Origin: Hypanus sabinus | Taxonomy: Eukaryota | Direction: 5' to 3' | DNA: 64,000 nucleotides | Assembly: GCF_030144855.1 (NCBI RefSeq) | Contig: NC_082715.1 | Coordinates: 127,286,001 to 127,350,000 of the forward strand | Shown: one piece after another, positions 61,870 through 64,000 of the stretch | Layout: every line of letters starts with the position of its first letter | Numbering within the stretch: the first letter of the stretch is position 1 | Made by a program: the position numbers and the translations under genes | The notes under the pieces: model-generated | What the model saw: the letters and a program-made list of their open reading frames with translations, nothing else | Databases searched by the model: none | What the model was told of the DNA's origin: nothing

Positions 61870-63450
61870 TGGTGCAGCTGGCAGGGCACTGAAAACCCGT
61901 GCCAATCCACTGGCAGAAGTGTTCAAGGGCATCTTCAAGCTCCCACTGCTGCCGTCAGAGGTGCCCATCTGTTTAAAAGGCCATCAATAACACCGGTGTT
62001 CAAGAAGAGCGGGGTCAGCTGTCTCACGACTGTGATGGAGTGCTTTGATGTTGGTCATGGCTAAAATTAACCAAGGGCCTGGACCTACTTCAGTTTGCCT
62101 GCCTTTACTAAAAAGTCTATGGCAGGTGCGATCTCACTGGCTCTCCTCTGGGCTTGACCGCCCGGACAACTGCGATACCTACTTCAGCCTGCTGTTCATT
62201 GCCAAACAAGAGAGAAAATTCTGCAGATGCTGGAAATCTGAGCAACACACACGCTGAATGCTGGAGGAACTCAGCAGGCCAGGCAGCATCTATGGAAAAG
62301 AGTATAGTCAACGTTTTGGGCCCGTACTCTTCTAATTATTTAATGTCAGTGTCTTGGCCCAAAACGTCGATTGTACTCTTCTCCATAGGTGCTGCCTGGC
62401 CTGCTGAGTTCTTCCAGCATTTTGTGTGTGTTGCTGTTCATTGATTATAGTCAGCATTCCCTCAGAACAAATCATCAATCTTCAATACCTGGGCCTCTGT
62501 ACTTTGCTCTACAACTGAACCTTTGGCGTCCTCGTCAAGAGACCACAGTCAATCTCTTCCTCGCTGACAATCAACACAGGCACTTCTCAAAGCTGCATGC
62601 TGCACCCACTGCTCTCACGACAGTGTGGCCAGGCACAGCTAAAGTGCCATCTATTAAATCTGCCTATGACACAAGAGTTGTTGGCAGAATTTCAGATGGT
62701 GACGAGGAGGCGTACAGGAACAAGGTAGATAATCTAGTTGAGAGGTGTCGCAACAAGTGTCAGTAAGGCCAAGGAACTGATTGTGGATTTCAGGAAGGGA
62801 AGGTCTGGAGAGTACACAGTGGTGCTCATTGAGGGGCTACCAGTGGAAAGAGTGGGCAGCATCAACTTCCTGGGCATCTACATCTCAGAGGAATTATTCT
62901 GGGCCCAACATATTGATACAACCATGAAGAAGGCCCTCAGATCACTATACTTCATTATGAGTTTTAAGGAGAACAGGTATGTCTCTAAAGACGCGAGCAA
63001 ATTTCTATATGCAGAGCGTTCTGACTGGTTGTATCATCATCTGATATCAATGCAGAGGATGAAAAAGACATTCAGTGTTGTAGACTCGTTTGGCTCCACG
63101 ATGAGCACTAGCTTCCTCACCATCCAGGACATCTTCAAAAGGCAGCCTCCACCATTAAGGACCCTCACCATACAGGACATGCCCTCAACCATCAGGGGGG
63201 AGTGCAAGAGCCTGAGGCCACACATGGAATGTTTTATGAACAGCTGCTTCCCCTCCACCGTCAGATTTCTGACAGTCCATAAACCCGTGAACACTGATTC
63301 ATTATTTTACTCACCTTTTGCACTACATATTTATTTTTCTACATTTCTAATTGCAACCTAATATGTTATGCATTGCACTGTACAGCCACCGCAGTACAAC
63401 AAAGTTCACGACACACTGTACGCCAGTGATAGTAAACCCATTCTGAATCC
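61870..63450 (+). mobile_element. Decayed Rex1/Babar LINE with a Penelope-like fold-back inserted at about 62205-62435
   Basis: VVGRISDGDEEAYR, KELIVDFRK, FLGIYISE.L.W motifs; inverted arms around 62330-62350. Confidence 0.85.
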
Positions 63451-63480
63451 TGCTAATATTTTAACTGAGAATTCACCTTC

Positions 63481-63548
63481 TGCGGAGAACTACATACACC
63501 TGACTAGACACGCCACCCTCCCCCCCCCCCCCCCCCCCGCTGACTGCT
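63481..63548 (+). mobile_element. 5' fragment of the same LTR family as 6567-6784
   Basis: tgcggagaactacatacacctgactagacac..poly(C)..gctgactgct matches the start of the solo LTR. Confidence 0.7.
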
Positions 63549-64000
63549 GGAAAGTGTGAGTGCTGGATTTTAGCAGGAAGAACAATATTGGATATTCATC
63601 ACTAAAGAATGCAGTAAATGAGCCAAGGGATCCAAAAGGCTCCAAAACAATGATAAACTCAAGAGATTCAGTAGATACTGGAAATCCAGGGGAACACAGT
63701 CAAAATGCTGGAGGAACTCAGCAGGTCAGGCAGCGTCAATGGAGAAGAGTAAACGTTCAATGTTTCAGGCCAAAACTCTTCATCGGGATCCTCCAAAGCA
63801 ATGAGGGCCTGAAAAATAATTCTCTGTGACAAATAGAGGAGCAGGAAGGTGACTTCCAACACCTACAGGATCTTGGTTAGACTTTTCTTGGTGTACCAGC
63901 ACAGAGCTCATCCCCATATTTCAGAAAAGGGACACCAACTCTAAAGTGGTCCAACAAATTCTTAGGGGTCTGAGAAATGCCATTTATAAGGAAAGCATGC

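Overview
Repeat-rich vertebrate genomic DNA, not prokaryotic. The repeat complement points to a cartilaginous fish, most likely a ray (inferred from recalled repeat families). It includes CR1 and Rex1/Babar LINEs, HE1-type and DeuSINE/SacSINE-type SINEs, and Penelope-like elements. Most of the 64 kb is decayed mobile DNA: many CR1 and Rex1/Babar fragments, a Gypsy gag-pol remnant ending at an assembly gap, a decayed full-span hAT/Charlie transposon, a solo LTR, an L1-type 3' end with a 14-bp TSD and a 55-bp hAT miniature. There are two N gaps. I cannot name any host gene. Several minus-strand exon candidates and a CpG/NRF1/ETS promoter-like island at about 8.2-8.7 kb suggest one or two uncharacterised spliced transcripts, at low confidence. 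The most interesting signals are (1) a locally duplicated module at 56.5-57.3 kb and 61.2-61.7 kb, where only a 70-bp promoter-like block, a short minus-strand intron and the two arms of a hairpin are conserved; (2) minimal hammerhead ribozyme motifs in the Penelope-like termini, one with an intact core; (3) a unique ~0.8-kb near-open reading frame abutting a LINE tail at 30.0-30.8 kb. Repeat boundaries are approximate unless a TSD or TIR is stated.
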